A DNA stretch of 63,329 nt, filler included, from Nitrospinae bacterium RIFCSPLOWO2_12_FULL_45_22 (GTDB lineage Bacteria > 2-12-FULL-45-22): assembly GCA_001803565.1 (NCBI GenBank). It is 5 parts of 5 records of this genome, joined end to end, with 100 filler letters (N's around TTAATTAATTAA, not from the genome) between each part and the next. Parts side by side here need not be neighbours in the genome. Positions count along the whole stretch, not along the records: positions 41,216 to 46,360 come from MHDQ01000309.1; positions 46,461 to 63,329 come from MHDQ01000310.1; 3 more parts are not named here. One strand, written 5' to 3'. The translations under genes were made by a program, and so were the position numbers. Below the pieces are notes generated by a model. It had not been told where the DNA came from. It saw only the letters and a list, made by a program, of their open reading frames with translations, and ran no database searches. Within the stretch, counting starts at the first letter, position 1, and each line of letters opens with the position of its first letter. Below, piece after piece: positions 41,116-50,329 of this stretch.

Positions 41116-41215
41116 NNNNNNNNNNNNNNNNNNNNNNNNNNNNNNNNNNNNNNNNNNNNTTAATTAATTAANNNNNNNNNNNNNNNNNNNNNNNNNNNNN
41201 NNNNNNNNNNNNNNN
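41116..41215. other. Artificial contig linker
   Basis: N-run, TTAATTAATTAA, N-run. Confidence 0.98.
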
Positions 41216-42206
41216 CACCCAAGGCGCCATAGGCCCCCCGTACCAGATTAAGCTCTATCTCCCGGGCAGCAAACTGCCGGCCACCAACCACAGTATTGAT
41301 CCTCAGGCAAAGAGACTCTTTATTCTTTGCCCCAAACCACTCCTGCAATATCTTGGCCCAGAGACGGCGGGCGGCACGGAACTTGGCTGCCTCATGAAAG
41401 AAGCGATGGGTAGACTTAAAGAAGAAGCTTACCCGGGAAGCAACCTGGTCTATATCGAGTCCACGGCTGAGCAACTCTTCAAAATAGGCAATAGTATCCG
41501 CAAAGGCAAAGCCTATCTCTTGGGCCGCCGTAGCCCCAGACTCGTTATAAAGGACACCCCGGATATGCAAAGGATAAAACTTGGGCAGATGCTCTATGCA
41601 ATAAGAGACAATATCACCCATGAGCCGCAGAGATGGCTTAGGCGGGAAGACCCAGAGGCCCCGGCCCACATATTCAGACAAAATGTCATTGTTAGTCGTA
41701 CCGGTAAGGCTGGCTAACGGTACACCCTGCTTCTCGGCAGTTGCTATATACATTGCCATCAATACTATTGTTGAAGAGACGGCATTATTGACCGAGACCG
41801 GGGTTCGATCCAGAGGTATACCCTGGAACAGAATCTCCATATCCCGTAAGGTATCAATAGCTAGCCCGACCCGGCCTACCTCGTCTTCTACTAGCGGATC
41901 ATCGGAAGCAAACCCTAATTGGGTGGCTAAATCAGTAGCCATACTTACTCCATGCTGGCCACTAGCCAGGAGGGCCTTCCATCGGGCATTAGTCTCTTCG
42001 GCGGTACCAAAACCGGAATACTGACGCATAGACCATAGCCTACCTCGATACATCTTAGGATAGATACCACGGGTAAAGGGATATTCGCCCGGAAGGCCCA
42101 GGTCGCGGGCATAGTCTAATCCCTCGATATCTTCTGGGGTATAAAGGGGTTCTATCTCTGTGTCTAATTCCGACCCAGGGTTGATTGTTTTGGCCTTATT
42201 TTCCAT
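41216..42206 (-). CDS. B12-dependent acyl-CoA mutase large subunit (methylmalonyl-CoA mutase family), 3' truncated
   Basis: PGEYPFTRGIYPKMYRGRLWSMRQYSGFGT and AKFRAARRLW motifs; GGAGGAGG RBS before ATG 42206. Confidence 0.9.
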
Positions 42207-42369
42207 GCCTCCTCCCCAAGAACCGCGCATCTTTGTCAATATCAGTCACAAATATGGCCCTTTTTTCCTTTATTATTTTACTTATTATACTATCCTCGAT
42301 AAGCACATCGGCCTGCCTCTTATCAAAGACCTCCTCTAATCGCTTCTTTATCTCTATTACCGTTAGCAT
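42196..42369 (-). pseudogene. 57-aa chimeric ORF containing a histidine kinase GAF fragment
   Basis: MLTVIEIKKRLEEVFDKRQADVL fused to IEDSIISKIIKEKRAIFVTDIDKDARFL, which matches IEDSAVSKVIKEKKSIFVTDIEKDSRFL in the kinase at 44272-45861. Confidence 0.6.
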
Positions 42370-42458
42370 GGGTCTTCATCCTGAAGTGTTACTGACTATT
42401 ATGGAGATTTACTAACATTATTACTACATTACCACGTAATGAAAGAAATATCAAACTC

Positions 42459-42672
42459 CGTAACAGTTTAGCCAAATAAAGTCTTATAAATATTTTCCCC
42501 GGATACGCACAGATGAACACTGATTCTTGCCTTCATGGCAAAATTAACCCGGTAAAATTAACAATTAACAAGAAGGAATTAATTTTAAAATGCTAATTGC
42601 TAATTTTGCCTTTTGCATTGTCTATCCGTGTCCATCCGTGGCTAAAGTTCTAATCTTGGCTAAACAGTTACG
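42459..42672. mobile_element. MITE-like element, 214 bp
   Basis: 17-bp terminal inverted repeats CGTAACAGTTTAGCCAA / TTGGCTAAACAGTTACG (1 mismatch); no ORF; internal inverted short repeats. Confidence 0.7.
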
Positions 42673-42739
42673 AAACTTAAAATTTTGAAAAACCTCATAT
42701 AATATTAGTTGGTGTTCATAGAGAATATAGATAAGAAAT
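42672..42739. repeat. 68-bp direct repeat of histidine kinase coding sequence 45699-45766
   Basis: 65/68 identical by manual alignment. Confidence 0.88.
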
Positions 42740-42856
42740 CCTCCTCACTTGACAGCCCTTCCTCATGATTGCTAAACTATACCCCACTTTCTCTGTTTTC
42801 ATTCGTATAGACCTAACCTTTGCCGGAAAGGCCATAAGCCCTTCTTTTACGGAAGC

Positions 42857-44182
42857 ATGATTATCTTATTACTGATCTTCCTGATTCTTGCCTATGGTGC
42901 CACGCCTGGTTATAGCCAGGGGAATGAACTGCCCCAGATTGAGCATATTATTGCCATAGGTGATAGCCTAACGGCCGGAGTACAGAATGCTGCTCTGAGA
43001 CAGGGTGTTGAGGGTGGGGAGATAGAGTCCCTGGTAGGCCTATTCCAAAACAGTGGCTATGCCTATCTGATTGCTAAACAGATCAATCCCACTAATCCGG
43101 ATAAAGTTCTGCCATTACCACTAATAGAAAGGCCGGGTATACCTAATGCCATAATCGGCTATAATATAAGCCCTGGAGAAGGTGAAGATATTATCAGGCT
43201 TGAGCCGGGTGAGAGCCACGGCCGGGTAAACCCTTCGGTACAACCTTTTAATCTGGCTATCCCGGGAGCAACCTTAAATGACGCATTGACCAAGCTCCCT
43301 TCTCATAGTCAGTTAGAACAACTTATCCTGGGGCAACCCAGCGGCAGAGCAAGGAGTCAAGTCCAACTGGCCCTGGACCTATTTACTGAACAGGGATTGG
43401 ACCCCAGGAAGACCTTGATTATTGTCTGGTTAGGTAATAACGATACCTTACATGCTATATTAGATGGTGACCTTACTGAACTGACCCCCCCTTCCGCCTT
43501 CATGAGGGATTACTTAAGAGTCATTGGGTTTTTGCGGCAGACCGGCGCTCATATGGTGGTAGCCACTTTACCAGATACCACTATCATGCCTTATTTACTA
43601 GACCCAGTGGAGGTGGCGATAATATGTCAGATGGCCGGGAAATACAACTTTTCCAATACTACTGACTTCATGAATTTTTTAGAGGCACTGGACCTAAATA
43701 GATCTGATAAGGTATCAGCCATGGCCCTACCCTTTATCCTGGGGCAAAAGCCCCTGGAACCCCTCCCACCCAATCTTGTCTTTACCCCGCAGGAGATATT
43801 GACGATCCGTAAGGCCATAAAAACCTTTAATCTCATCATCAAACTCACGGCTATAAGTTATGATATACCTATGGTGGATGTCTATTATGCTACTAATAAG
43901 GCCCATGAAGAGGGTCGGGAGATCGTGATTGACGGCCAGCGTTTTATGTTGACCACGGGACTATGTGGCGGGCTATTCAGTCTGGATGTGGTACACCCCA
44001 GTAATACCGGCCATGCCTTATTGGCCCAGCAATTTATTGGAGTAATCAATAATACCATTGGCCAGGGGAGGGAAATAATTAACCCGATTGATGACGATGA
44101 TGAGTTAAAGAATATTGTCAAAAAAGACCCGTTAGGACCGGTGGTGAAGGGCTGTGCCGCCCTCCTGACAACTGATCCCTGA
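42857..44182 (+). CDS. Secreted SGNH/GDSL hydrolase
   Basis: Signal peptide; GDSL, NLAIPGA, WLGNND and DVVHP catalytic blocks. Confidence 0.88.
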   Translation: MIILLLIFLILAYGATPGYSQGNELPQIEHIIAIGDSLTAGVQNAALRQGVEGGEIESLVGLFQNSGYAYLIAKQINPTNPDKVLPLPLIERPGIPNAIIGYNISPGEGEDIIRLEPGESHGRVNPSVQPFNLAIPGATLNDALTKLPSHSQLEQLILGQPSGRARSQVQLALDLFTEQGLDPRKTLIIVWLGNNDTLHAILDGDLTELTPPSAFMRDYLRVIGFLRQTGAHMVVATLPDTTIMPYLLDPVEVAIICQMAGKYNFSNTTDFMNFLEALDLNRSDKVSAMALPFILGQKPLEPLPPNLVFTPQEILTIRKAIKTFNLIIKLTAISYDIPMVDVYYATNKAHEEGREIVIDGQRFMLTTGLCGGLFSLDVVHPSNTGHALLAQQFIGVINNTIGQGREIINPIDDDDELKNIVKKDPLGPVVKGCAALLTTDP

Positions 44183-44271
44183 CCCCAGTGAACTGTTACC
44201 TCAGGACGTCCCTTATTGCTTAACTTTAAGCAAGCTAAAAACCAGTTGGTAATGTTGGCAGTTAGTAATGT

Positions 44272-45861
44272 TTAAGCTAAAGGTGGGTTGGGTTCTACCA
44301 ATGGCAACTGTATCCTGAAACGGGCCCCTTTCCCCACGTCTCCTTCTACCTGGATAGTTCCTCCATGATTAGTTATGATACGATAACAGGTGGCAAGTCC
44401 AAAACCAAAACCGCTCTCTTTGGTAGAAAAACGGGGTTCAAAGATCTTTTCCCGAATATCCTCCGGGACACCGGGGCCTTCATCGGTCACTGAAATATCT
44501 ATAAATTCTTCCCCTGCCCGGGTCTCTACCTTTATCTTACCCTTTTTCTCCATGGCATCAACGGCATTATTAAAGAGATTAACAAACACCTGCTCCATCT
44601 GGTGAGTATCTGCAGCTATTGAAGGGAGAGGCTTATCCAGGGAGAGAAGGAACTCTATGTCGTTGTACTTGTCCTCCGGTTTTAAGAATTCTAGAGTCTT
44701 TGCTATTACCTCATTGATATCGCATTCAACTTTACGGCTCTCTACCCTGCAGAACTCCATAAGGCCGGTTACGAATTTTACCATTTTCTCAAGATATTCT
44801 CTCATATAATTGACATAGTATAAGGCCTTTTCCGGATTGGACTTGATAAACTCTGGAAGCAATTGGACCCGCATAAATATACCAGAGAGATAATTATTCA
44901 GCTCATGGGCAATGGAGGCAGACATTTCTCCTATGGCGGCTAATGACTCATTGGTTCTTTCCAGTTCTGCTATTTTTTGTTTTAAGTCTTCATATAGATG
45001 GGCATTTTCTATGGCAAAGCCAATCTCTCCCAGGAGGGTCACGAGAAAGGCCAAATCTTCTCTATCGAAAGGGGCTTCATCTTCTTTATCGGCTAGGTTC
45101 AAAACTCCAATTACCCTGTCTTTTACCCTAAGAGGGACACTGATAAAGGATGCAGTTCTATATTCCGAACGTTTTCTCTGTAAGAACCGGCTATCTTTTT
45201 CAATATCAGTCACAAATATTGACTTTTTCTCTTTTATTACTTTACTTACTGCACTATCTTCGATTTTTATCTTTGTCCCCTTCAATAAAGGTTCGCTATG
45301 TCCCTTAGAGGCGCCTATGCGCAGATACTGCCCGTCAGGATCTACTAGCATTATAGAGCCAACCCTGGCTTGTAATACATCCATAGCCCTCCTCAATACT
45401 GCATCCAGTAACTCATCTATGCTAATCATCCTACAGGAAAATTCTGTCAGTTCATTCAGGGTTACCAACTCTCTTACTCTTTTATTTAGCTCCTGGGAAC
45501 TTTCTCTGAATTGTGCCAGTAGTACATTAAAAGAATTGGCTATTTCTGCTAACTCGCGGCTTTCTCTACCAATGGCTAATTTGTCTATCTTTCCAGTGAC
45601 TGCTTCTCTTGCTTGATTAGCTACCAGCATTATCTCATCGAAGGCCTGACGTAATAAAGTTAAGCCAAATAAAGAGAAAAGGAGAAATACTAAAATAGGA
45701 AACTTAAAATTTTGAAAGGCCTCATATGATATTAGTTGGTGTTCATAGAGAATATAGATAAGAAATAAATTAGGTATGATAAGGACAAGGGAGAATACTA
45801 TGGCTAGCTGGTATCTAACGGATTGTCCTTTTATAGAGGGCTGGAAAACTGAGTTCACCAT
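44272..45861 (-). CDS. Membrane sensor histidine kinase (TM-HAMP-GAF-HisKA-HATPase)
   Basis: Two TM helices, GAF domain, H-box IAHELNN, N-box NLFNNA, DEGPG and GFGFGL. Confidence 0.92.
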   Translation of the reverse strand: MVNSVFQPSIKGQSVRYQLAIVFSLVLIIPNLFLIYILYEHQLISYEAFQNFKFPILVFLLFSLFGLTLLRQAFDEIMLVANQAREAVTGKIDKLAIGRESRELAEIANSFNVLLAQFRESSQELNKRVRELVTLNELTEFSCRMISIDELLDAVLRRAMDVLQARVGSIMLVDPDGQYLRIGASKGHSEPLLKGTKIKIEDSAVSKVIKEKKSIFVTDIEKDSRFLQRKRSEYRTASFISVPLRVKDRVIGVLNLADKEDEAPFDREDLAFLVTLLGEIGFAIENAHLYEDLKQKIAELERTNESLAAIGEMSASIAHELNNYLSGIFMRVQLLPEFIKSNPEKALYYVNYMREYLEKMVKFVTGLMEFCRVESRKVECDINEVIAKTLEFLKPEDKYNDIEFLLSLDKPLPSIAADTHQMEQVFVNLFNNAVDAMEKKGKIKVETRAGEEFIDISVTDEGPGVPEDIREKIFEPRFSTKESGFGFGLATCYRIITNHGGTIQVEGDVGKGARFRIQLPLVEPNPPLA

Positions 45862-46360
45862 GATATCCCTCCCAGTTCATTGAACAGCGACTAACCCCTT
45901 TAGCCACCTGCGGCATTCACTATATCATAAGATGGGAGTAAATACAACATTTCCTCCCCCCTCATCATCCTTTGTGAGCCGAAGGCTCATGAATGTTTCC
46001 CCAAAATTTTATCGCTAGTCCAAATTACAAGGGCAGAGAAATAGGGACTAACCGCAGAGCACGCAGAGAGCGCAGAGTGTACCCGGGCACCCTCTAGGTG
46101 CTGCCACTACAGGTTTAATGGATTTCTGACAGAAAATAGCTACACCTATTAGGCCTGCCATTTTTAGCTGATTTTATGCTATCATTAAATAGGCCAAAAG
46201 CTCCTCTATTTTAAGGGCTTACATAATTTAAAGCAATAAAAATCCATATGGAAAGTTAAGATTTTTTGCCATCCTTCAAAAGTAGTTAACAGTTTGACAA
46301 AAGGAAAATAGTTTTTTAACCCTTCACCACAGAGAACACAGAGCCCGCAAAGAGGCCAGA

Positions 46361-46460
46361 NNNNNNNNNNNNNNNNNNNNNNNNNNNNNNNNNNNNNNNN
46401 NNNNTTAATTAATTAANNNNNNNNNNNNNNNNNNNNNNNNNNNNNNNNNNNNNNNNNNNN
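46361..46460. other. Artificial contig linker
   Basis: N-run, TTAATTAATTAA, N-run. Confidence 0.98.
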
Positions 46461-46462
46461 AT

Positions 46463-46813
46463 GGTTTTGCCCCGGGTGACATCAAGTCCAGTGGTGTACG
46501 CAAGGGAGATGCCCCGGTCTTTATCACGTCCCAGTACCGGATTGGTGAAGCGGGAGACCTTACCAACCATCATCCCATTGGATTTGGCTATCAGGATGTA
46601 GAGGCGGTGGACGATGAGATCCAGCGGGCATCGGCACCTATGAATGCCCTTTACACCATTGGTGACCTGCTATGGGCCGGGCAGATGGAGTGTACCACCT
46701 GTCATGATGTCCATAACACCAAGAACACGGGTGAAAAATTCCTCTGGGTATCTGATAAAGAGAGTGATCTTTGTATGACCTGTCACCTGAAGGGAGAAGT
46801 AAGTAAGGAATAG
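46463..46813 (+). CDS. C-terminal half of an OmcE-like multiheme c-type cytochrome (5' truncated by the gap)
   Basis: Frame is open from the contig start: ...GDLTNHHPIGFGY...MECTTCHDVH...FLW...SDLCMTCHLK; two CxxCH motifs. Confidence 0.75.
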   Translation, partial: GFAPGDIKSSGVRKGDAPVFITSQYRIGEAGDLTNHHPIGFGYQDVEAVDDEIQRASAPMNALYTIGDLLWAGQMECTTCHDVHNTKNTGEKFLWVSDKESDLCMTCHLKGEVSKE

Positions 46814-46817
46814 TTTC

Positions 46818-46856
46818 CCATCGCCCCCACCCTCTGGCAGAGGGTGGGGGTGATGG
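46818..46856 (+). terminator. GC-rich hairpin after the cytochrome gene
   Basis: CCATCGCCCCCACCCTCTG-G-CAGAGGGTGGGGGTGATGG; no immediate U-tract. Confidence 0.45.
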
Positions 46857-46975
46857 CCGCATATATGGGAGGAAACTTTTTTGGAAAAAGTTTCTCCAAC
46901 CTTTCAAAAAACTTTATTTGCCCGCATAATTGTATATCTTGGTTTTTTAAAGCTCTAAGGGAGGAGGGGGAGAAA

Positions 46976-47776
46976 ATGTGGAAAGATGTACTTAGAAAGG
47001 TGAGTTTATTTACGATAGTCATGATAGTTACAATGCTCATAGGCACTGGCTCGGTGGCTGCCTGGGAGACGAATAAGCATGCTTACCACTTTGGGATGCA
47101 CCAATTTAATCCAGGAGGGGCAAACGATGCTATGGTATGGGCAACCGCATGGAGTAGCACCAGAATATGGAGGCCGCCAATTCTCCAGAAGGCCTGGACT
47201 AACTGCTTCCCCAAGCGGAAGGGGTGGATATTGACAAAGATAGTACGCCCATGGCGTATGGTAAAATTTGGCTATGCCCATATACCCTATTGCAAATGGT
47301 GTTGGTTTAATGTCGATTTTTACGTTCGGTCCCTTCCTCCATATATTAGTACTGCCTGGTTCAGATGGACTCTCAATAGCCAGGGTATAGGCCCGTGGGT
47401 TTGGTTGGGATGGAGGGTGTCATCTCCCGCGGCCCTTTATAACCCTGCCACCGATCCCGATGGAAATCCCGCAGAAGATATGGTGGTGAGGAATATCCAA
47501 TTCGCCAATTCTCCTACCCGGATACCTAATGATCAGACCACCCTGGACAACCTTGAGGTGGTGGCGCTCTTCGCAGCATCTCAAGACCAAGGGAGGCTAG
47601 GTCCGTTTATAGTCCATCCCGGCACGGAAGTGATAATAGATCCTGTTCCAGTTGTGGATGAGCCTGTAGTAGGGGGCCGCACCGTGCTTGCTAAGGGAGA
47701 GATTGAGGTTCCGGAAGCTGAGGGAGGATTGATACCGTTTGTGATGCAGTTCATAGCCGAGAAGGATAGGGAATAG
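46976..47776 (+). CDS. Secreted protein of unknown function
   Basis: GGAGGAGG RBS; signal peptide ending VAA; Trp/Cys/basic N-half and acidic Pro-rich C-half. Confidence 0.7.
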   Translation: MWKDVLRKVSLFTIVMIVTMLIGTGSVAAWETNKHAYHFGMHQFNPGGANDAMVWATAWSSTRIWRPPILQKAWTNCFPKRKGWILTKIVRPWRMVKFGYAHIPYCKWCWFNVDFYVRSLPPYISTAWFRWTLNSQGIGPWVWLGWRVSSPAALYNPATDPDGNPAEDMVVRNIQFANSPTRIPNDQTTLDNLEVVALFAASQDQGRLGPFIVHPGTEVIIDPVPVVDEPVVGGRTVLAKGEIEVPEAEGGLIPFVMQFIAEKDRE

Positions 47777-47888
47777 GCCGGTTCCTGCTGCAAATGTGTC
47801 CGGGCTTTTGCCCTGGGCATCGTTGCCCTGGCTATACTGGCCATTAACCCTAAGAAGGAGAAGCGTAAGGGTTTCCCAAGTATAATGG

Positions 47889-48009
47889 GTAAGCCGGTTA
47901 GCTACCAGTGATCAGCAAGACAAGGAAAATCAGTAAGCAGTGAGGGGTAAGGGGTGAAAACTGCTCACTCCTTACCCCTCACTGCTTACTTTTTTAGCTG
48001 AACGCTTAT
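47889..48009. mobile_element. MITE-like palindromic element
   Basis: Ends GTAAGCCGGTTAGCT / AGCTGAACGCTTAT enclose the long hairpin AGTAAGCAGTGAGGGGTAAGG...CCTTACCCCTCACTGCTTACT. Confidence 0.55.
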
Positions 48010-48205
48010 TTTGTAAGGATTAGATGGCAAGGCTAAAGGCGGATCCAAGAAGGAAGCAAGGGCAACCTGGCGCAAAAGATAGGCGACATTTGCAGGTAGG
48101 CCTTTCGTTTAGTATCCTGGTAATACTTCTTTACCTCTTATATTTAGGACGCAGATTCCTGCAAATAATAAATAGAGTAGACGGGGAGCGGTTGACGCTT
48201 ACTCT

Positions 48206-49081
48206 TTACTCTCTTGTCCATATCCGGCCAACACTTTCCATGAATTCAGATAAGGAGTTTACTTTTATGCTCTGCCGCAAGAGGCTCCTGAGACTGGCCT
48301 CACCCCTTACCTCCTTAAGCCTCTCCTCCACATATTGAGGTATCGCACCAAACCTATCCCCTAAGATAGTAAGAATATCCATATATATTCCTTTTTCTAT
48401 TCCTTTTTCTATACCCTTTTCTATTCCTTCTTCCACGATAGATTTATATGTGCTAGATTCCATAAGCGTTTCCCTCCTCACGAACCTATCTAAGAACTCT
48501 TTATCATACCTAATACCAGATAGTATATACCATATAGCCTGCAATTCCAATCGCCTGTTCTTATCCTCTATCTTCTCTATCCTATCTATCACCTTAGAGA
48601 AGATATTCTCGGGGTCTTCTACCTTCATAAGAGATATAAGGGGCAATAGACCCTCTTTTTCATAAAGCTCTTCTCTTATTTCTATCCCTGACAAGGGTAT
48701 CATTTTATAATCATACCTGTTTATCTCCTTTCCCCCTATTACTATCTGGTAACTCTCCTCAGTATATGTGCCCTTTCCCAGGTAGATCAAGATACTTATC
48801 AGAGGTAGACCATACTCTCTCGATATCAATCCCGCATATTCGAAAATCCTGACCGGGATGTCCCCTTCCCATTCTGACTGAAACTCTAAATGGGCTATGA
48901 ACCTCTCCTCATCCTCCGTGATGACCTCGTAGATAAAATCTACCCGCCTCTCTACCCTCAGCAGTTCCTTATCTAGCCTGAGGTGACTACTCCTGACCCT
49001 ATATTCTGGTATGAATTCCTGAATGAATTCCTTAGGGTATAGGGTTGATAAGTGCTTTATGGCTATATCAACCTCTCCCAT
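48206..49081 (-). CDS. Rpn family recombination-promoting nuclease / putative transposase
   Basis: RRVD..HLEFQ PD-(D/E)xK-like core, RIFEY, MESSTY followed by EKGI repeats, RFG tail. Confidence 0.82.
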   Translation of the reverse strand: MGEVDIAIKHLSTLYPKEFIQEFIPEYRVRSSHLRLDKELLRVERRVDFIYEVITEDEERFIAHLEFQSEWEGDIPVRIFEYAGLISREYGLPLISILIYLGKGTYTEESYQIVIGGKEINRYDYKMIPLSGIEIREELYEKEGLLPLISLMKVEDPENIFSKVIDRIEKIEDKNRRLELQAIWYILSGIRYDKEFLDRFVRRETLMESSTYKSIVEEGIEKGIEKGIEKGIYMDILTILGDRFGAIPQYVEERLKEVRGEASLRSLLRQSIKVNSLSEFMESVGRIWTRE

Positions 49082-49267
49082 ATACCTCCCTAATTTAATC
49101 GTATGGCAATTTTCTTCTTTATTTTGCTGAGCCAGGAGACCCAGTACTACCCGGGGATAGGATCGGGTCTGCTAAGTCGGTCTTTCGCTTGAGGTGCCGG
49201 ATCACGCCTGGATTCAAGTCCGCAGCAGCGTAGCTATTACACTTGGAGGGTTGACCATCCAGGGACA

Positions 49268-49319
49268 CAACCCTGAGCATGAAGAATTTCAGAGACCCCA
49301 CCCTCCGCTCAGGGTGACA
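49268..49319. repeat. GTCA-type REP-like hairpin
   Basis: ACCCTGAGC ... GCTCAGGGTGACA inverted repeat. Confidence 0.55.
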
Positions 49320-49340
49320 AATGAAAGGCCAGGACATGCC

Positions 49341-49940
49341 TTAGATGAGTCTCCTGGCAATTTCAAAGGGGTCTTCTTTATCAAAATTATCAAGCCATGC
49401 CATCATCAGAAAGAAACCTTCCCAAATGCTACTTTTGAATTCATCTCCTGCTATTTCTATCCTTTGGAACCTCTTCCCTGCATTACTGTAAAATTCCCAT
49501 TGCTTTTCAGACGGGTCCAATAACCATAATTCCTTAACATGAAAAGCTTCGTATTTCTTAAACTTCCAGCCCTTATCATATTCCGCGGTAGAAGGGGACA
49601 ATATCTCTATGATCAAATCGGGGGCTCCATCCAGGTATTGTTCTTTAATGCGGAAGAGATTCTCTTGGGAGACGAAAAAGATATCCGGCTCAAATAGGTT
49701 ATCCTCATCCAACCGGACCACCGCAGGGTTATAATATAGCTCGCCCAGACCTTTAGACCTGATATAATAAGTCAAGATATTGAGCAGGAACAAGGCAAAT
49801 TTCTGATGTATTATGGCTACCGGTGTATGCATGATAAGCTCCCCATCTATGACTTCCCAGTAATCGTCCTCGGTAGATTTTTCAAAAAAGTATTCTGCTG
49901 CACGCTTATATGTGAGCCCCAATTTACCCGATTTTGCCAT
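49341..49940 (-). CDS. Uma2 family endonuclease
   Basis: EVIDGELI, EPDIFF, GAPDLIIEILSPST and ELWLLDP motifs. Confidence 0.9.
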   Translation of the reverse strand: MAKSGKLGLTYKRAAEYFFEKSTEDDYWEVIDGELIMHTPVAIIHQKFALFLLNILTYYIRSKGLGELYYNPAVVRLDEDNLFEPDIFFVSQENLFRIKEQYLDGAPDLIIEILSPSTAEYDKGWKFKKYEAFHVKELWLLDPSEKQWEFYSNAGKRFQRIEIAGDEFKSSIWEGFFLMMAWLDNFDKEDPFEIARRLI

Positions 49941-50143
49941 TATTAACCACCTCTTTATTCCTCCCTGTTTCAAAGAAAAGGATACCAGTTTTATCCAATA
50001 AAGTCAAAATAGATGAACCGCAGTGATCCGCTCGGGGCAGGGTAGATGGGGTGTACCACTCCATAGAATGCTACCGCCAGGTCATGCCATGAAATCAAGC
50101 CAGTATTAGACATGGCATACTGAGCCCACTTAATCTAGTTATC

Positions 50144-50159
50144 TGGCACGATTTGTGCT
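50144..50159 (+). promoter_or_regulatory. Sigma54 (-24/-12) promoter motif of the multiheme cytochrome cluster
   Basis: TGGCACGATTTGTGCT = TGGCACG...TGC with exact GG-N10-GC spacing. Confidence 0.7.
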
Positions 50160-50329
50160 CATTTCTTGATTCAGGAATACGTTCCAGAAAAGCCTGAAAA
50201 GACACGCCATGCCAGAAGTAAGCAAATGGGGTGAGCAATAACAATAATAAGGAGAAGGATACGTGGGTTAGAGTTAGATCAGATTAACAGTAGGGGTTGG
50301 AAAGTTTCAGTACTAAGTGCTCTAATCCA

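Noticed and set aside
42672-45766. 68-bp repeat pair with only A/G differences as a DGR template/variable repeat
   Set aside because: No reverse transcriptase in the window. On the coding strand the changes are T/C, only three positions differ, and the target is an N-terminal TM region. A duplication relic explains it better.
49119-49337. GC-rich intergenic stretch as an ncRNA (6S or omega-RNA-like) or a 72-aa ORF
   Set aside because: Part is a REP-like hairpin. The rest shows no motif I can match with confidence. It would need an Rfam search.
44272-50159. GAF histidine kinase as the regulator of the cytochrome cluster
   Set aside because: An artificial linker at 46361-46460 separates them, so proximity carries no information.
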